DNA from: Candidatus Omnitrophota bacterium
GTDB taxonomy: Bacteria > Omnitrophota > Gorgyraeia > Zapsychrales > Fredricksoniimonadaceae
Reading direction: 5' to 3'
Assembly (NCBI GenBank): GCA_015233675.1
Contig: JADFXH010000006.1
Span: forward strand, 65,285-129,284
Length of the DNA stretch: 64,000 nt
The translations under genes and the position numbers were made by a program. Positions within the stretch are counted from its first letter, which is position 1, and each line of letters opens with the position of its first letter. Below the pieces are notes generated by a model. The model saw nothing but the letters and a program-made list of their open reading frames with translations, was not told the origin of the DNA and ran no database searches. Below, in pieces: positions 61,964-64,000 of this stretch.

Positions 61964-63538
61964 ATGACCGAACATTTCGGAAAAATTTTGATAGCAGCGG
62001 CACTGGGAATCCTTTTTAACGCTCCATGTTTTGCAAATAATTTGTCGGTTACGAATGTAACTTTAGGCACCAGGAATCCCAATGCCAAGACAGTAGCTGT
62101 AACTTTCAATGTCAGCTGGCAAAATTCCTGGCGTAATAAAATAAATTATGATGCCGCCTGGCTGACTGTGCGTTTGAACAAGGCCCAGGTAACGACTGCC
62201 AATGAAGTATTGTGTCAAATTACGGCAACTGGTTTAAATCCAGCTGGAACTTCGACTGGAAACGGCTCGAATTTACAACTTTATGTGCCTCAAGATGCAA
62301 CAGGTGCCTTTTTGCAGCCTGCTTCCACAGGTTTTGTGGGGAATGTTACTACTCAAAATGTGCAGTTGACTATCAATTATCAAACCTGTGGGTTTAGCGA
62401 TACTGATCAGATTTATGCGAGCGTTTTTGGGTTAGAAATGGTCTTTATCCCCCAAGGTTCTTTTTACGCAGGGGACTATAACACAAGTGCATCTTCCTTA
62501 AATAGCGGCAGTAGTGATGCTGCTCCATGGCATATTGGAAGTGAGAATGCCATACCTGTCACAAATGCGACTTCAGGGGGATATCAATACGTTTCCGCTA
62601 GTAATCCGGGAGAGTTTCCAACAGGCGCAACATTTACAATTCCGGCTGCTTTCCCTAAAGGATATAACGCCTTTTATACGATGAAATATGAAATTAATGA
62701 AGGCCAATGGGTGCAATTTATAAATTCTTTACCAGCAGCTTCCCGCTTAAATCGTGACTTGGCGGACACAAACCATAAAAATTCTACAAGCGTGATCTAT
62801 CGTAATACCATCAGCTGTTCAGGAACTCCCTTGTTATGTTCAACACAACGGCCGTCACGCGGGCTTAACTACTTAAGTTGGATGGACTTAGCGGCGTTCT
62901 TAGACTGGGATGCATTGCGTCCCATGACAGAATTAGAATTTGAAAAAATGTCCAGGGGGCCTCTTTTGCCGAATCCGGGAGAATATGTTTGGGGGACTCA
63001 AACGATTACAGCAGCTGCCGCGATTAGCGGAACAACTGAAGATGGAACAGAGACTATAACGTCATCTAATGCAAATGCCAATTATAATAATACAACTTTT
63101 TCCGGTGGAGATTCATCTTTGGGGGTTGGGTATAATATGGGTTCTTTGCGCGGGGGTATTTTTGCGGTCTCTAATTCAACGAGAGCGAGTTCTGGAGCTT
63201 CTTATTACGGCGTTATGGATCTTGGGGGAAATTTAAAAGAACGTGTTGTAACTATCGGTAACAGCACGGGTTTGGCTTTTTCAGGAAATGAAGGAGTCGG
63301 GAATCTTAATACTACAACGGGTTATGAAGGCAATGCCAATGTTGCCGGCTGGCCGGGGATGGATGCTCAATCTCAGAATGGCGTTGATGGAGCGTTAGGC
63401 TCAGGATTCCGCGGCGGTTCATGGGGTGATAGCTCTATTTATTTAAGAACATCAGACCGTACTGAAGCAGCGCTAACATCAGCATCTGCTCTTAATACTT
63501 TTGGTGGCCGTGGAGTAAGGACTTATGATGGAAATTAA
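61964..63538 (+). CDS. secreted protein with a C-terminal FGE-sulfatase (SUMF1/PvdO-like) domain
   Basis: Signal peptide. YEI...QW..F, GFRGGSW and ..GGRGVR motifs characteristic of formylglycine-generating-enzyme-like folds. Confidence 0.65.
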   Translation: MTEHFGKILIAAALGILFNAPCFANNLSVTNVTLGTRNPNAKTVAVTFNVSWQNSWRNKINYDAAWLTVRLNKAQVTTANEVLCQITATGLNPAGTSTGNGSNLQLYVPQDATGAFLQPASTGFVGNVTTQNVQLTINYQTCGFSDTDQIYASVFGLEMVFIPQGSFYAGDYNTSASSLNSGSSDAAPWHIGSENAIPVTNATSGGYQYVSASNPGEFPTGATFTIPAAFPKGYNAFYTMKYEINEGQWVQFINSLPAASRLNRDLADTNHKNSTSVIYRNTISCSGTPLLCSTQRPSRGLNYLSWMDLAAFLDWDALRPMTELEFEKMSRGPLLPNPGEYVWGTQTITAAAAISGTTEDGTETITSSNANANYNNTTFSGGDSSLGVGYNMGSLRGGIFAVSNSTRASSGASYYGVMDLGGNLKERVVTIGNSTGLAFSGNEGVGNLNTTTGYEGNANVAGWPGMDAQSQNGVDGALGSGFRGGSWGDSSIYLRTSDRTEAALTSASALNTFGGRGVRTYDGN

Positions 63539-64000
63539 TTCAGTGTCAAAGCGAGATGTCCGGAAAGTGACGGAGCGATTTCTTATATTATTTTCTTTAT
63601 CATTCATATTTTTTATATGCATAACTGCCTCTAGCGTTTGGGCCAGTAATTTGAAATTGAGTAATTTAGACGAAATCAATGCCAATACAGCGGCAGGGAC
63701 CATAACATTTTCATTTAATTTGGCACAGGATAATAGTTGGCGCAACCAAACCAACTATGATGCCGTATGGGTTTTCATGAAATATTCGACCGATGGGGGG
63801 GCAACATGGAAACATGCTTCTATGGCTGGATCCGGAGTTAATCCAGCTGGTTTTTCCATCCCAGCTCAATTTCAAAATCAATTTGAAATCATGGTCCCTT
63901 CGGATCAAAAAGGTTTTTTTCTTCAAAGGTCTGGTCAGGCTTCTGGAACTATTGCTTTAACAGGCATCCAATTTGTTTGGAATTATGGCTTGGACGGAGT
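63525..64000 (+). CDS. paralog of the N-terminal domain of 61964-63538, partial (runs off the right edge)
   Basis: Hand translation from ATG 63525 is open to the window end: MMEINSV..FIFFICITASSVWA|SNLKLSNL..TITFSFNLAQDNSWRNQTNYDAVWVFMKY. Compare TVAVTFNVSWQNSWRNKINYDAAWLTVRL in the preceding gene. It is not in the ORF track because it lacks a stop. Confidence 0.6.
   Translation, partial: MMEINSVSKRDVRKVTERFLILFSLSFIFFICITASSVWASNLKLSNLDEINANTAAGTITFSFNLAQDNSWRNQTNYDAVWVFMKYSTDGGATWKHASMAGSGVNPAGFSIPAQFQNQFEIMVPSDQKGFFLQRSGQASGTIALTGIQFVWNYGLDG

Overview
This 64 kb window looks bacterial. The style suggests an uncultivated PVC/Omnitrophota-like lineage, but that is a guess from gene content and cannot be verified here. 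It has five blocks. (1) 1-15.3 kb is an accessory locus. It holds a tandem array of at least 4 type IV pilin-like genes (minus strand). Facing it are three large modular secreted proteins (1442, 531 and 1812 aa) that share a private N-terminal domain and/or a ~65-aa C-terminal tag. An OprB-like porin, a 2 x 200 bp structured repeat and tRNA-Pro(CGG) are interspersed. I consider this the most likely undescribed system. (2) 15.4-23.7 kb is housekeeping: acyP, ligA, xerD, a CCA/poly(A) polymerase head-domain protein, rbfA, nrnA-like, truB, ribF. A decayed N-terminal remnant of the large-protein family and a fifth pilin follow. (3) 24.9-41.4 kb is a complete dcw cluster (mraZ-rsmH-ftsL-ftsI-murE-murF-mraY-murD-ftsW-murG-X-murC-ddl-ftsQ-ftsA). 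It has an extra zincin-like gene and a 328-bp non-coding gap, and no ftsZ or murB. (4) 42.5-49.0 kb is a ~6.5 kb integrative element in tRNA-Arg(TCG). It carries an integrase, a putative Rep with 20-bp-phased iterons, an XRE regulator, a methyltransferase, a RelE/RHH toxin-antitoxin pair and att repeats. (5) 49.3-64 kb holds glycine cleavage genes (gcvT, gcvH, gcvPA, gcvPB), a lipoate ligase, an S41 peptidase, glycosyltransferases, and a secretin operon with FGE-sulfatase-domain paralogs. Several families of palindromic elements occur in intergenic regions and, unusually, in frame inside the large genes.
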